Below, in pieces: positions 39,555 to 56,189 of a stretch of 64,000 bases of DNA. The notes beneath the pieces were generated by a model. It did no database searches. It saw nothing but the letters and a program-made list of their open reading frames with translations, and was not told the DNA's origin. Made by a program: the position numbers and the translations under genes. The stretch spans positions 57,102,001 through 57,166,000 of the forward strand of contig OZ024740.1 of the NCBI GenBank assembly GCA_964016885.1, in the 5' to 3' direction. Origin of the DNA: Eledone cirrhosa. Lineage: Eukaryota. Numbering within the stretch: the first letter of the stretch is position 1; each line of letters opens with the position of its first letter.

Positions 39555-40122
39555 ATATAAAAGAAAGACGAACACAGATATATACATATATGTGTTCAAA
39601 TCGTAAGGGACCAGATTCACTAAGGTGAAAAGAATACTAACTATAGACAATAGGGTTTGCCTGACTCAATTTAAGAATAAATCAAGAAAATAAATACAAA
39701 CCGGAATTGTGGTAACTACCAATCACCCAGACAGCTTTTGGTACTGCTGTTTCGCAATATTAATTGTGAATAGGAATGCCAATTATTGCTCATCAGTGGG
39801 TGAAGAATTAGTATCCTAGACACTTCTAAGTATATTAAGGAACTGAATAGTGTGCGTATATATAACAACGCACATGGTATCTGAACTTAGCACGTATCAC
39901 AAACTTAAACCTACTAAAAATAGCAGCCAGGTTTATTCGACATTTGAATTAGCTCAACAAATTAACGGAGCCGAATATATCAAAGGTATATATTGAGTTA
40001 GAAACTCATAATAGTCTCTTACAATAAAATATCTCTAGGAAAGAGATTTTTCCGAGCCTTATATTATAATTGAATATAAAAGAAAGACGAACACAGATAT
40101 ATACATATATGTGTTCAAATCG
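39555..40122 (-). mobile_element. Retrozyme-like element, 519-nt monomer with a 49-bp terminal redundancy
   Basis: ATATAAAAGAAAGACGAACAC..TTCAAATCG at 39555-39603 and 40074-40122. Non-coding and contains a full HHR. Confidence 0.75.
39723..39803 (-). ncRNA. Canonical type I hammerhead ribozyme
   Basis: TCACCCA-CTGATGA-GCAATA..TATTGC-GAAA-CAGC(AGTACCAAAA)GCTG-TC-TGGGTGA: 7-bp stem I, G-C closed stem II, full stem III, GUC triplet. Confidence 0.9.
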
Positions 40123-40125
40123 CAG

Positions 40126-40481
40126 TAACGCCACACAGCGGTGCTCGGCAGAAGCAATGGGGACAATCATCGATGCATTTCGAACTAAACTGGTTCTCGT
40201 CAGAACGATCCCTCCCGCAACTGCCGGACTTTGAAAACAGGCGAAAATATATAGTTTTTTCAACTATGTAAATGAGGTAATTAATCTCATTTGCATATGA
40301 AGCTGAATAAGTTGACTCAAATTAATATAGAATAGAATTAGAATTTAGCTTCGAATATAGCTTCGAATATAGCTGTATACCAATATGTATGAAAGACACT
40401 GGCAACTAACGCCACACAGCGGTGCTCGGCAGAATCAAGGGGTCAATCGTCGATGCATTTCGAAGTCAACTGGTTCTCGTC
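40126..40481 (-). mobile_element. Retrozyme-like element, 281-nt monomer in partial tandem
   Basis: TAACGCCACACAGCGGTGCTCGGCAG..TGGTTCTCGTC at 40126-40201 and 40407-40481; the repeat overlaps an HHR. Confidence 0.75.
40166..40209 (-). ncRNA. Minimal type I hammerhead ribozyme
   Basis: ATCGTT-CTGACGA-GAAC(CAGTTTA)GTTC-GAAA-TGCA-TC-GATGAT: 6-bp stem I with G.U pairs, palindromic ATGCAT stem III, AUC triplet. Confidence 0.75.
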
Positions 40482-40809
40482 TGTCTTTCATAGCTATGGC
40501 TTTCTAAATGTCTCGGTAATAGAAGAAAATAGTCAACTTGACATTGGTTTTGTTCCTCTCCTGATGTACTTTTGGGGGCTTTGGTGGTGTTAGATGCTTC
40601 CATTGTGATTATTCAGCTTTGCATTCGATGTTGTACTTGTACATCTACATCTCACCTAACACTTATCATGGTATTCAACATCTCAACACCCTTATTGGCA
40701 ATGTCAGGCGAAACGAAAATCAAAAATTGTAAAGAGTACAGCACCTCACACGCCGGCTGCCTAACGCATCCAGCGAACAGGCCTGAATACGCATGGAAAG
40801 AATAAAGTC

Positions 40810-41272
40810 GGAATCTACTATGCGCCAATTCGTCGCTTCCTCTCTTCTACCCCACTCTGCTACCAACCTTATCGCCCGTACTCTACTATCTACCTCCTCA
40901 TCAAATTACACAAGCCCGACAGCCCTGGCCGCCCTATCGTCTCAGCCTGTAATTGCCCCACTGAACTTGTTTCAGCTTTTCTTGATTCCGTATTTTTCCC
41001 CTGGTAGCAACCCTATCGTCTCACATATCTGACACCAACCTCGCCCGCCGCTTCTTCGACTCCATCTTCCCACCTGGCTCTCCACCTCTACTCTTCACTC
41101 TCGATATAAAGTCCCTATACACTGTGATCTTCCATGCCGAAGGTCTCCTGGCCCTGCAACACTTCCTTAACCTTCGCGCCGCCTCTCAACATCCCACCTC
41201 CACCCTTATTCGCTTAGCCGAGTTGGTCCTCTCCCTCAGCTATTTCTCCTTGGGTCATATTTACCAGCAGAC
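40810..41272 (+). pseudogene. Decayed RT fragment related to PLE1
   Basis: Aligns by eye to ~12080-12560 (KLHKPD.PGRPIVSACNCPTEL, LDIKSLYTVI, RLAELVL). Confidence 0.8.
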
Positions 41273-41596
41273 AAGAGTACCCAACAGTTCGTCTTCTTTA
41301 CTCTCAACAGTTCGTCTTCTTTACTCTCATTATGAATTGGCAGTATCGGTAGAGGGTCGGACGCCATGCTTTCCAGCATAGTTACGTCTCTTTACGATCT
41401 GAGTTCAAATCCCGCCGAGGTTGACTTTGCCTTTCATCCTTACGGGGTCGATAAAATAAATAAAGTACCAGTAATGTACTGATAATTGCTGGCTCTGTGC
41501 CAAAAGTAGAAACAAATATTCTTTTCATTTTTTTTTTTTTTTTTACTTGGACAACGTTTTATTTTCTGCTTCTAACTTTTGTGATCCTGAACTTTG

Positions 41597-41920
41597 GCAG
41601 GTGAACAGTGAGCTGTACTGATGAAGGGTGATACCCAGAAACATTAGTGTCTGCAGTCTGTTCGCATGCCAGCACAAGAGCAAGAATGAAGGGTTCATTC
41701 TACTGACATGGCTATAAAATTGAGGCTTATTTGCATAATTGCAAACGAATCGAATGTTATTATTAATAACGTTCTGAGTTCAAATCCCGACGAGGTTAAC
41801 TTTGCCTTTCATCCTTACCGGGTCGATAAAGTAAGTACCAGTAATACACTGGGATAATTGCTGGCCGTGTGCCAAACGTAGAAACAATTATTAATATTCT
41901 AAAAACTCAGATTACATTTA
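41597..41920 (+). mobile_element. Third copy of the 420-nt HHR element (5'-truncated) with a SINE at the same site
   Basis: Matches 34984-35180. HHR at 41611-41657. A SINE fragment at ~41769-41888 is flanked by TTATTAATA. Confidence 0.8.
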
Positions 41921-41926
41921 TATATA

Positions 41927-41961
<35 letters not shown>

Positions 41962-41965
<4 letters not shown>

Positions 41966-42310
41966 GGTCCGTGGTTAGAAAGGTTCCCCCAGACAGAGGC
42001 GGGTCTGGTATTTGCAACCTCTGTCTTAGTGAGACACTCGAGATACTTCATGGCGGAACCCAGCTATTAAACAGAAGGGCCGACTTATTCGGTGCCTGCA
42101 GACACCTAAGGACGGGAACTTTCCTCAAGCTATATGGATAAACCCCGGTTAACATGTCCCACAACGCCCCCCCCCCCGTAGGTCCCCTACACCCCGTACC
42201 AATGACCAATGGACAACAACAACCACCCATAGTTTGTGGTCCCTATGGTGGATGGTCCACCGGATCCTCTACTGGTTAGGAGTCATCAAAACCACGTTTT
42301 ATTGAACCTG
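41962..42310 (+). pseudogene. PLE GIY-YIG C-terminal fragment (CxLC..CRH type)
   Basis: WSVVRKVP..CNLCLSETLEIL..LLNRRADLFGACRH has the same pattern as 49741..50058. Confidence 0.7.
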
Positions 42311-42393
42311 ATTTTATATATATATATGTATATATATATATATTTTATATGTGTATATATGTGTATTTTATATATATGTATATATATATATAT

Positions 42394-42447
<54 letters not shown>

Positions 42448-43331
42448 TATGTTCAAATCTGAGTTCAAATCCCGCCGAGGTTGACTTTGCCTTTCATCCT
42501 TACGGGGTCGATAAAATAAAGTACCAGTAATGCATTGGGTAATTGCTGGCCTTGTGCCTAAAGTAGAAACAATTATATATATATATATATATGCATTTTA
42601 TATATATATATGTATATTTTATATATATATATATTTTATATGTATATGTGTTTTATATATGTGTATGTATTTTATATATATATATACTTGTGCGTACATA
42701 TATATATATACACACACCTGTATGGATTTGTGTGTGTGTAGATGTGTTTGTGTCTGAGGGGGTAGGTGTGAGTGTATGTACAAGTCAACCAACATAAGCC
42801 TTTTATTTCTAAATTTTCTAAACTATCTAAGTATTTGACTCTAACCATTATATTAAGTATTACCACCCCACATTAATTCCATATTTTGTATGTGTGGATG
42901 TGTGTGTGTGTGTGGAGGTGGGTGTGAGTGTACGTCCAAGCCAACCTACATAAGTCTTTTTATTTGTAAATTTTTACTCTCACCATAAATTTCAGTAGCA
43001 CCACCCCACATAAATTCCTCAATTTAAGAATGACCTGTAGTATCTATTTCATACTATTAACCTTAATTGAATATATATCTGACCAGGAATGCTTTTTGTG
43101 AAAATCAGTCATATGGAACTACTGTCATCTTGCCTGATGGTTTGAACTTTACAACACCACCTGCCTATTTGAGGTCAAATACCAACCCTACTAGCATCTA
43201 CAAACTGACCAATTAGAATTAAGACTATTCCTGCTGACAACATTAAATTATTCCTAACAAGCTCATATGTCCCAAGGCTCTGATACCATCAACACTATAA
43301 ACACAGAGCTGGCATATCTAAGAACTGACTA

Positions 43332-43387
43332 ACTGCCTGATGAGGTCATAGCCATTCAATGGCTATCATCGAAATATATATAGCAGT
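43332..43387 (+). ncRNA. Type I hammerhead ribozyme
   Basis: ACTGC-CTGATGA-GGTCATAGCCA(TTCAA)TGGCTATCATC-GAAA-TATATA-TA-GCAGT, ~45 bp before a (TA)n tract. Confidence 0.8.
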
Positions 43388-43428
43388 AAATAAAGGATTA
43401 TGAGTTCATGCAATTGACTTATGTTTCG

Positions 43429-43481
<53 letters not shown>

Positions 43482-43899
43482 TACCGACCACAGGAAGATA
43501 TATGTATGTATATTGCTTCCACCCCCTCACTGACCAGCAGCTGGCCATCTGGCGATTGCTAAATCTGACCTTTATAAAATAACCCACACCCCCAAATAAC
43601 TTCTCATTCACTACCAGAAAGGCACACAGCAGTCAACGAGCTGCTACCAAGATGAAAACTACTACGAAATCCCACAATGAATTTTATACTTGAATTTTCA
43701 AATCTCAAATTTTAACTCTTCTTATTATTAATTTTTCTTAATATTAATCAACATTTGAAAAGATGGCTTTTGCAGACCCATCGAAACCGGTCATTTTTTA
43801 TACCCTTTATTATTTCCTTACCTTATAAAATTATATGTTTTTTCACAAAAAAGTATTCTGTCTCTTATATATTCCATGTGCCATTACCAACCTCAATTT

Positions 43900-44071
<172 letters not shown>

Positions 44072-44249
44072 CATATATATATATGGGGTACGAAGTTTTC
44101 GTTATAGGTAATCCAGTTAGAGGTTGTGAGTACTCTGCGTCGTGGATAGTTTTAACGTACGGTTTTGTTTAACTCAACAAGACGTTTCCAAAGTTAGGCA
44201 ACGAGTTCGCGGTAATTCCTATGTAGGTTATACTTGGAGTATAATAATG

Positions 44250-44530
44250 AAAGAGTGAAGAATAACATGTTTGGCTGTACAACAAGGGGCTTTATTTCAG
44301 GTATTGACAATTGTTTCATTGATCAGGTGAGTCTAGAGGTCGCTAATCGCTTGAAGTTGCGTCACTCGATCTCCATTACATTATTTACCTCTGATCAACT
44401 CATCAGAAAAAGAAAATATAAAAATATAAAAATATAGCGCCCTCTAAACTCACCTGATCGATGAAACAATTGTCAATACCTGAAATAAAGCCCCTTGTTG
44501 TACAGCCAACCATGTTACTCTTCACTCTTT
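44250..44530. repeat. Fold-back insert with ~95-bp arms
   Basis: 44250-44345 is inverted relative to 44435-44530. The arms carry GAAACAATTGTC. Confidence 0.85.
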
Positions 44531-44546
44531 ATATATATATATATAT

Positions 44547-45349
<803 letters not shown>

Positions 45350-45559
45350 CACCTCTACCCCTACGATCCAGTATATACTTGCATCCATTTAACAAACCTG
45401 CTCTTGTAGTCAATTGTTATCATACAGTACATTCTTCTACCACCTGTATTTTCTCTTTTCCATTCTTATGCCTATAGTAATGCGGCAACAACATTTTGTC
45501 CTTGTTGAATGTAATTCCTTTTTGTGGATTGTACTTTTGCGGCTGTTTTGCGGCTGTTT

Positions 45560-46900
45560 AACTATATACGTGTAGCTTGACGTGACTGGGAAAAGGTCAT
45601 CAAGGGATAAGCTTGATTTTCTACGATTGACACTAGAGAATAACTCAGCTACATTCCCAAAACATTAAAGCTTGCAGCGTTTACAGTGGTGACAATACGT
45701 GACAGTAAAAACAAAAGTAGACCAAATATTTAAGCAGCTACTGCTCGGACATTATGTTTCTATAGACCTAATGTATCATTGTTATGAAAGAGCTCTTAAG
45801 TGTGTGTACGACGTCAGATTGGATGTAATGTGCAATACCCACGATAATCATTCGAACGAACGTTGCCAATGCTAATAGAGAGCCTGTTACTAATTTTCCC
45901 GAGGGGCTAAAGAAAACGATTGTTGAAGGAAGCTACACGACAGAACACGTATACAAACACATTGTCTAACACTTTTTATAGGCGAAAATACTGCTGATGA
46001 CATGATCTTATATATATATATATAATTCTGAAAATCCAAAGGCTTTCAAGATCTACACTACGTTTAATCTACCTATGATTTCGCATTCAAATAAATAAGC
46101 ATGGTGACTAAAATCCTTTTAGAAGACTGATTTTAAAATATTTTGGCTCTGATGTTGAAAGGTACAGTGCAAGGAATAATATTTCCAACAATCCAAAACA
46201 CCGAATGAATCTAATAATGTGGCAGTAGAATATATCCCCAAGAGCACAAGTCAATGAACCAAGGTTCAATAGCTAACTTCAAGGTGTATTAGTTGAGAAC
46301 TTTGAAACAACCCATTAAAGTTATTACTTAAACTTATGAATAGTGTACAGAAAAATATATGGCCAAACTGTGTCTGTGACTTTACTATCTTTCGACTTCT
46401 GCAAGATATTGATTGTGTCACTGTCAACTGCTGTAGGGTTTCAAACATTTGTAGATGATGTAAATGAGTTTCTAGAGCCTCACATACAAATCTTGTCTAA
46501 TGAGGAGTTGATGGTGTTAAACAAGATTAAATTATTGGAGAAAAGACGTTATGAAAATAAAAGAAGGCTACTTAAATAATCTGTAAATAACATTGCTAAG
46601 AATTTGGCACTTATAGAGAAAGGTCTGCAAGTATTTTGCTGATAATGATACTAATCATAAACGTAAGAGTTCATTGAGTTCATTCAATTCTTGTACTGAG
46701 CTGTGGAAAAAGATGGTGTGCTGCAAACGTCACATAATTTGGCTAAATTATTCACTTCTCAAGCAGATGATGATAATGATAAACTATAGGTCAACAATAA
46801 TGTCCCTCATCCTTCCAATAACTTCCATTGCACCATCTCCTCTCATGCAGTAGACAATATCGTTTGTAGTGGAAACGCTACTTAGTAAAATAGCTTGATT
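45560..46900 (+). pseudogene. Tigger/pogo-like DNA transposon fossil
   Basis: ~46030-46135 reads ENPKAFK..LPM..SNK*AW..D*F (compare NPRAFK..SNKKAWMT..DWF). ~46436-46520 reads GFQTFVDDVNEFLEPHIQILSNEEL. Boundaries are approximate. Confidence 0.55.
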
Positions 46901-46949
46901 CTTATTTACACCAAAATGGTTTTATTTATGTTTTATGTATAAAAACAGC

Positions 46950-47280
46950 TTTATCAGACAGGAAGTCAGCAAATATGCTGGCAAACAGGAACCACTCCTT
47001 GTGGTGGTAAAAAGACGGAAACTTGCCTGGTGACACGGTCACATATCCAACCACGACTCCCTATCTAAAACCATCTTTCATGACTCAGTTGAGAAAGGGC
47101 GAAGAAGAGACAGACAAAGAAAATGCTGGTTTCACAACATCAGATCTGGACAGGCTGCAATACAGCAACCCTTCTATGTATAACGGAGAATAGTGACCAT
47201 TGGCGACGGCTGACTGCGAAAGCGTCTAGTGTGGTACCCAAATGACAGGCTGCACCAGTTGCAGGGACTTAATAATAATG
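46950..47280 (+). pseudogene. 3' fragment of an RTE-type LINE
   Basis: VVKRRKLAW..GHISNHDSLSKTIF..VEKGRRRDRQRKCWFHNI. Confidence 0.7.
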
Positions 47281-47470
47281 TTGATGATATAGATTTATAC
47301 ATACTGCATTGTGAGTTTATTTAATAGGTGTTGCTCTAATGCAGAAAAGTGATTGTATTACATGATTTTCCCCCTAAATTTTAAAAGTGAAAGGCAATAG
47401 GAAAATAATTTTCACGTTCCAGTAAAATTTTCAGAAACATATATTTTGCTGTAATATGCTTCCGAGTGTG

Positions 47471-47547
<77 letters not shown>

Positions 47548-47798
47548 GAACGTTCAGTGTTTATTTCAGGTTTCGCTGTCTGAAGACCTCAGGCTATCAT
47601 AATTGATAGTCCTCAGTGAAATAGGTATAACGGAGTTTTAAAAAACCTGAATCAACTGAATATGGCTTCCGATCTCTTATTAATTTATAATGCTCCGTCT
47701 TGTATCATTTATACAGGTCGTTGATCGCTTCTTTTTATCTGCTTCACAAGCGACAGGCCATAGTGTAATCCGCACATCCTAGTTCTGTTAACCCCTTA

Positions 47799-51204
<3,406 letters not shown>

Positions 51205-52273
51205 TATTTTATATTTGAAAATTTTTGCACTAAGTCATACTTATACAACTTAACCTACGTATGTTTATACACACATCGTTTACACACACATCTATATATT
51301 TGTGTGTGTGTATGTATGTGTGTGTTTATATGTGTGTTTGTGTTTATATTTATATATATGTACGTATGTACGCGTATATATACACGTATGTATGTATGCA
51401 TCTATGTATGTAAGTATGCATGCATGTATGTATGTATGCATGTATGTATGCATGTATGTATGCATATATGTATGTATGTATGCATGCATGTATGCATGTA
51501 TGTATGTATGTATGTGTGCATGTATGTATGTATGCATGTATGTATGCATGTATGTATGTATGTATGTATGCATGCATGTATGTATGTATGTATGCATGCA
51601 TGTATGTATGCATGTATGTATGTGTGCATATATGTATGCAAGCATGTTTGTATAAGACGCAATAGGTATAGTGTGTGAATACATACATATGTGTGTTGCG
51701 TTTGCGTCTGTGCATACGTGCATGTGTGCGTATGTGTGGGTGTGCATACTAGTGCATGTTTGTACGCAAATGAAGGCTACTGTCAACAGTATTGCTGGTG
51801 TCAAATCACAAGTGATACAATCATTTGTGAGGCTTGCCTTGTCATCGCATTCGTTCATACCACAGTTCTTTTATTCTTTTATTCTTTTATTGCAGTAGTC
51901 CTTCTCCGATCTATATATGTAGCATTAGTAGAATAATAGCTTGCATATATCTAATCATTAAACGAACATCATTACATCTGCACAACTACAACTATCACTA
52001 TACCGTATCACCCATAATTGTTGCAAGCTTCACTGTTGCCAATAACAACTGCTGCTCTTTGCAGCCTAACATCTGCCGCTTTCTAACATCTTGGTTCCAG
52101 CATTGCGGTCTCACGATATCCATTCTCTCCAAGTTAAAGAGGCACTGCCATTTTCCCTCACATTTCCTTGTCACAGGTGTTTCCATGATGATATATAAGC
52201 ACTATCCTGAGGCTATAAATCTAGTTTCACTAGTCACAATGCCAAAATTATCTATGAGAGTTATGAGAAATTA

Positions 52274-52342
<69 letters not shown>

Positions 52343-52377
52343 AAAGTAATATACTTTTATTTATATATAGTACATTA

Positions 52378-52418
<41 letters not shown>

Positions 52419-52472
52419 TATATATGTATATATATATGTAAAAGTAATATACTTTTATTTCTATATAGTACG

Positions 52473-52548
<76 letters not shown>

Positions 52549-52573
52549 GTAATATACTTTTATTTATATATAG

Positions 52574-52618
<45 letters not shown>

Positions 52619-52621
<3 letters not shown>

Positions 52622-52887
52622 CCGGGAGCTTCCAACAGTAATGGTTGCATTCTTTAAGGGTATGTCAATATTTATTTATAAAACTGCTCTATATTATATT
52701 TTATCTGATGAAAGCACACCATAATTTAACTTGGTGTCCTTGAAATATGTATAATGAAATAAATATGGTTTTATAAATATAGTTTCTATTTGTCAATATC
52801 GTATTTTTACTCCAATTATTTGTTGAGTGCTTTATATCAGTTATAAAAATATTTGCTTGTTGTATCGCAACAATTTAAATAGAACTT

Positions 52888-52888
<1 letters not shown>
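52619..52888 (+). repeat. Solo pLTR of PLE3 including the tail
   Basis: Reverse complement of ~47904-48176; lies between TA runs. Confidence 0.85.
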
Positions 52889-52914
<26 letters not shown>

Positions 52915-52924
<10 letters not shown>

Positions 52925-53209
52925 TGAGGATGTATGTCTGTGTGTGTGTGAGTTCGAATCCCTAAACCTCGAGAACCACCCAACCGACTGTTTTGAAACT
53001 TTACACATGTAATACTTATGTTTCAGGGACTCTTCTGAGCAAAGAAAATTTCAAATTTTCTACGCCCCAGGGACCACATTAGGCGATTTAGCGATCTCGC
53101 TCTATAATTCTTAGTCTTTCTCTTTTTAGATAGATACATACTTATAACGTCGCGCCCTTATAATATCTGGTGTATGTCTGCCTGCCTGCATTACGTCACT
53201 TCCTTGACG

Positions 53210-53274
<65 letters not shown>

Positions 53275-53470
53275 TTTGAATTCCTAAAACGCGAGAAGTA
53301 CCCAACCGATTTTTTTCAAACTTTACATGTGTATTACTTATGTTTCAACTTTTTTTATCTCCTAGGGCCCGCATTAGGCGAAAAACTGCGTTGTTTAACA
53401 TTTTTAGGGGTTTTTTGAGGCGTTACGTCAGACCGATTTCCTTGAAATTGGAACTATGTATTAGTCAGTC
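52915..53470 (+). mobile_element. Probable Helitron 5' fragment
   Basis: Starts TATATAAAACTGAGGATGTATGTCTGTGTG, has a duplicated CCAACCGA..AAACTTTACA block, and shares TTTTTAGATAGATACATA..TATAACG.CGCGCCCTTATAATAT with ~15983-16027. Confidence 0.5.
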
Positions 53471-53805
53471 TCTTCTAAGTAGAACCATAAAGAATTAGCT
53501 TTTAAAGAATTTCCCTTTTCTTTAAATCCATCAACCATGACTGACCCCCAACGATCTTATAGACACCTGCAATATAGGCATTGTTAGCTTAAGAGAAACT
53601 TATAAATAAGGAGTGGCACCCCATTCTGAACTTGTTTACAGAATTCTTTCTGCCTTTCTTACTCTAAATATAAATTATAGCTTTAAAGAATTAGCTTTTT
53701 ATGAATTCCCTTTTCTATCAACCAATGACCTCTACCCATCCCACTCCCTACCCTCTCCTACCACCTGAAGAGACCTATAAATACCATATTTATTTTTTGA
53801 TACCC

Positions 53806-53856
53806 AGATTCCTGATGATTTCTAAAGAATGAAACAGTTCTAGTCCTGTAGAATCT
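53806..53856 (+). ncRNA. Type I hammerhead ribozyme
   Basis: AGATTC-CTGATGA-tTTCT(AA)AGAAt-GAAA-CAG(TTCTAGTC)CTG-TA-GAATCT; GUA triplet. Stem II is weak. Confidence 0.65.
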
Positions 53857-53948
53857 CATCTATATTAAATCTTTTATACTCTGCTGTGTATTGAGTACCT
53901 TATTAACTGTGGTTACCTCCGATTCAACCCGGAATAACGTATATATAT

Positions 53949-54313
53949 CGTCGTCCCCCACCAACACCCCACTCTCCAGAGCATGAAATTAATAAACATT
54001 CGTTGTACTGCCTCTCTGTTTTGTCCCTGTTCAAATTTTTCCATTATATATAATACACGCTCACACGGCTTCCATTCCTTGGAACATAACTTAACTACCG
54101 GCTCAACCCCGATCTAATCCGCCGTGACCTTTCTCCGAACTTTACACACCTTCCCACACTTGGTCTTTCCTAACTCTGTTCCCACACACTTCTCACCTGA
54201 GGAAGGGTTTATGCCCGAAACGTCGTCCCCCACCAACGCCCCACTCTCCAGAGCGTGAAATTAATAAACATTCGTTGTACTGCCTCTCTGTTTTGTCCCT
54301 GTTCAAATTTTTC

Positions 54314-54320
<7 letters not shown>
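53949..54320 (+). mobile_element. Retrozyme-like miniature of the PLE1 family, 272-nt monomer in partial tandem
   Basis: CGTCGTCCCCCACC..TGTTCAAATTTTT at 53949 and 54221. The body matches 10391-10608. HHR core CTGAGGA-aGGGT(TTAT)GCCC-GAAA-CGTC at 54197-54224. TA runs lie on both sides. Confidence 0.82.
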
Positions 54321-54359
<39 letters not shown>

Positions 54360-54384
54360 TTGGGTGTATATGTATATGTATATG

Positions 54385-54450
<66 letters not shown>

Positions 54451-54464
54451 ACGGCGATGAATTA

Positions 54465-56017
54465 GTTTTGCGAGGTTTTTTATATGAAATCGTGTGTCGA
54501 AACAAATATTGTTATACTTGGGGAGGGTCATATTTGTGTAATAATATTGCCAGAATTAATAACAGAACACACTCACTGTTTGGTTGGTTTTCGCTTCTGT
54601 GTCTTTTATATCGGTTAATTTAATTGTTCGGTCCTCAATGTTACCATTGACTGACCAACGGTCAAAAATACAGATACAATATAGACACAAACACATATAT
54701 ATATAGTCTAACAAAGTTCTTTCGTTGCACATCTGCAACATCGTCAGTGGTGCTATTATGTTTCCTCCTGTTGTATTGTATGCCTACGCCATCTTTATTT
54801 AGTCTGTTTATTTTTTTTTTTGTCTTCTCTGCGCATGCGTTTGCGTGTGTGTATAGTGTTTGATGTGTGTTCGTGTTTGGCTGACTGTGTATTGGTTATT
54901 GTATTCTATCTTAGTTTATTAGTGTGTGTTTATATGTGTTTGTTGTTATTGTGCTTATGTATGTATTTATACTTCTCTAAGGTCAGTATTGTTTGTTTGG
55001 GTGTTGTTATTCCATTCATTTTTTCTGTTTAGCCTTGGCCTTCTAAGTTCTATTTCGCTGGCCTCTCTGATTTGCCTATCTGCTGGGTCATTTCTATGTT
55101 TAGATATTATTCTAATTTCTATGTTGTCTATGTTACCGTCGTGTTGTTGTCTGGCATGTTCGTATAGTACTGATCCGTTTTTTCGTCCTTTTAGTTCCGC
55201 CCAGTGTTGGTCTATCCTTTCACCTATGCTACGAGCTGTCTCGCCTATGTATATTGTTGTCATGTTTCTGCAAGTACCCTCTGTACATCTTATGCTATAG
55301 ACTACGTTTCTAGTTTTACAGTTTATCCAGGGGTTTACTTTACATATTATACATATCCTATTAGTACAGTGGGTTTTCTTAAAAGGGTAGCTTTTGCTGA
55401 TCAGGGATTTTATGGTGGTTCCTGGCTTTTCTACCACCTTAATCTTTAAGTGGGTCTTTCTCAGGGCCTTTCTACACTGGTTAGCTAATTTCCTTCCAGA
55501 AGTAGCGTCTACAAACATGACACTCTGGTATCTCTGGTTGTCGTACCATGAGGTGGCTTTCCCTATCTTATGTCTAGTCCTATATAAGCTATTCCATGAT
55601 TTGCTCCTGTATAATGGGCAAATTCCTTTCATGTCCAGTTCTATGAGGATCTTATACTTCTCCGTGGCTCCTTCGTATACTCTTTGGTTGTAGCCAGAGA
55701 ACTGCATGCGGTTGTTGAAGTGTTGGATGTGTCTTTTCATTTTTGTTGGGTCGCACATGCGGGACACGTTTTTCATACTCATTTTGGGTGTAGATCTTCT
55801 CGTTGAACTTGAATATGTGGCCCTTTAGGGTAGTTTTGATACTAGCCCCTATTGCATGTGCGGCCATTTTTCTTACCTGATCATTGTTTTTTTTTTGGGG
55901 GGGGGGGTCCGTATAGCTTTGGTCCACCCAATCCACCTTCCCATGGGAGTCATTTTTGCCATTGAGGTTATTCAACGAGAAGATCTACACCCAAAATGAG
56001 GGAGAAGCCATTGGCGT
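54465..56017 (-). mobile_element. Second copy of PLE family 2 with an internal deletion and a short inverted 5' piece
   Basis: Matches ~37187-39282 but lacks ~37384-37834. 55971-56017 is an inverted copy matching 37354-37400. Confidence 0.9.
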
Positions 56018-56189
56018 GCGAAGGAATTGTGAAAAGGTGTACGGAGTTTAAAGCCGCGACAATTGGATGAATTGAAGTGGAAATGAGGATGAATATTTGG
56101 CCATTGAAATTCTTCTAAATATACATCGTTATGAAAATAGAGACCAGTATTGTATCGACGTGTATCGGCATATTACTTACATATGCTGT

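Noticed and set aside
43755-43793. Decayed HHR TTGAAAA-GATGG..CCATC-GAAA-CCGGTC
   Set aside because: The core CTGANGA is mutated and there is no clear stem I; probably a fossil.
44388-44480. CTGATCA..GAAACAATTGTC as an HHR
   Set aside because: The core G is replaced and stem I is unconvincing.
47562-47623. Minus-strand CTGAGGA..GAAAC with a 7-bp stem I
   Set aside because: Stem III and the cleavage triplet are missing, and stem II is irregular.
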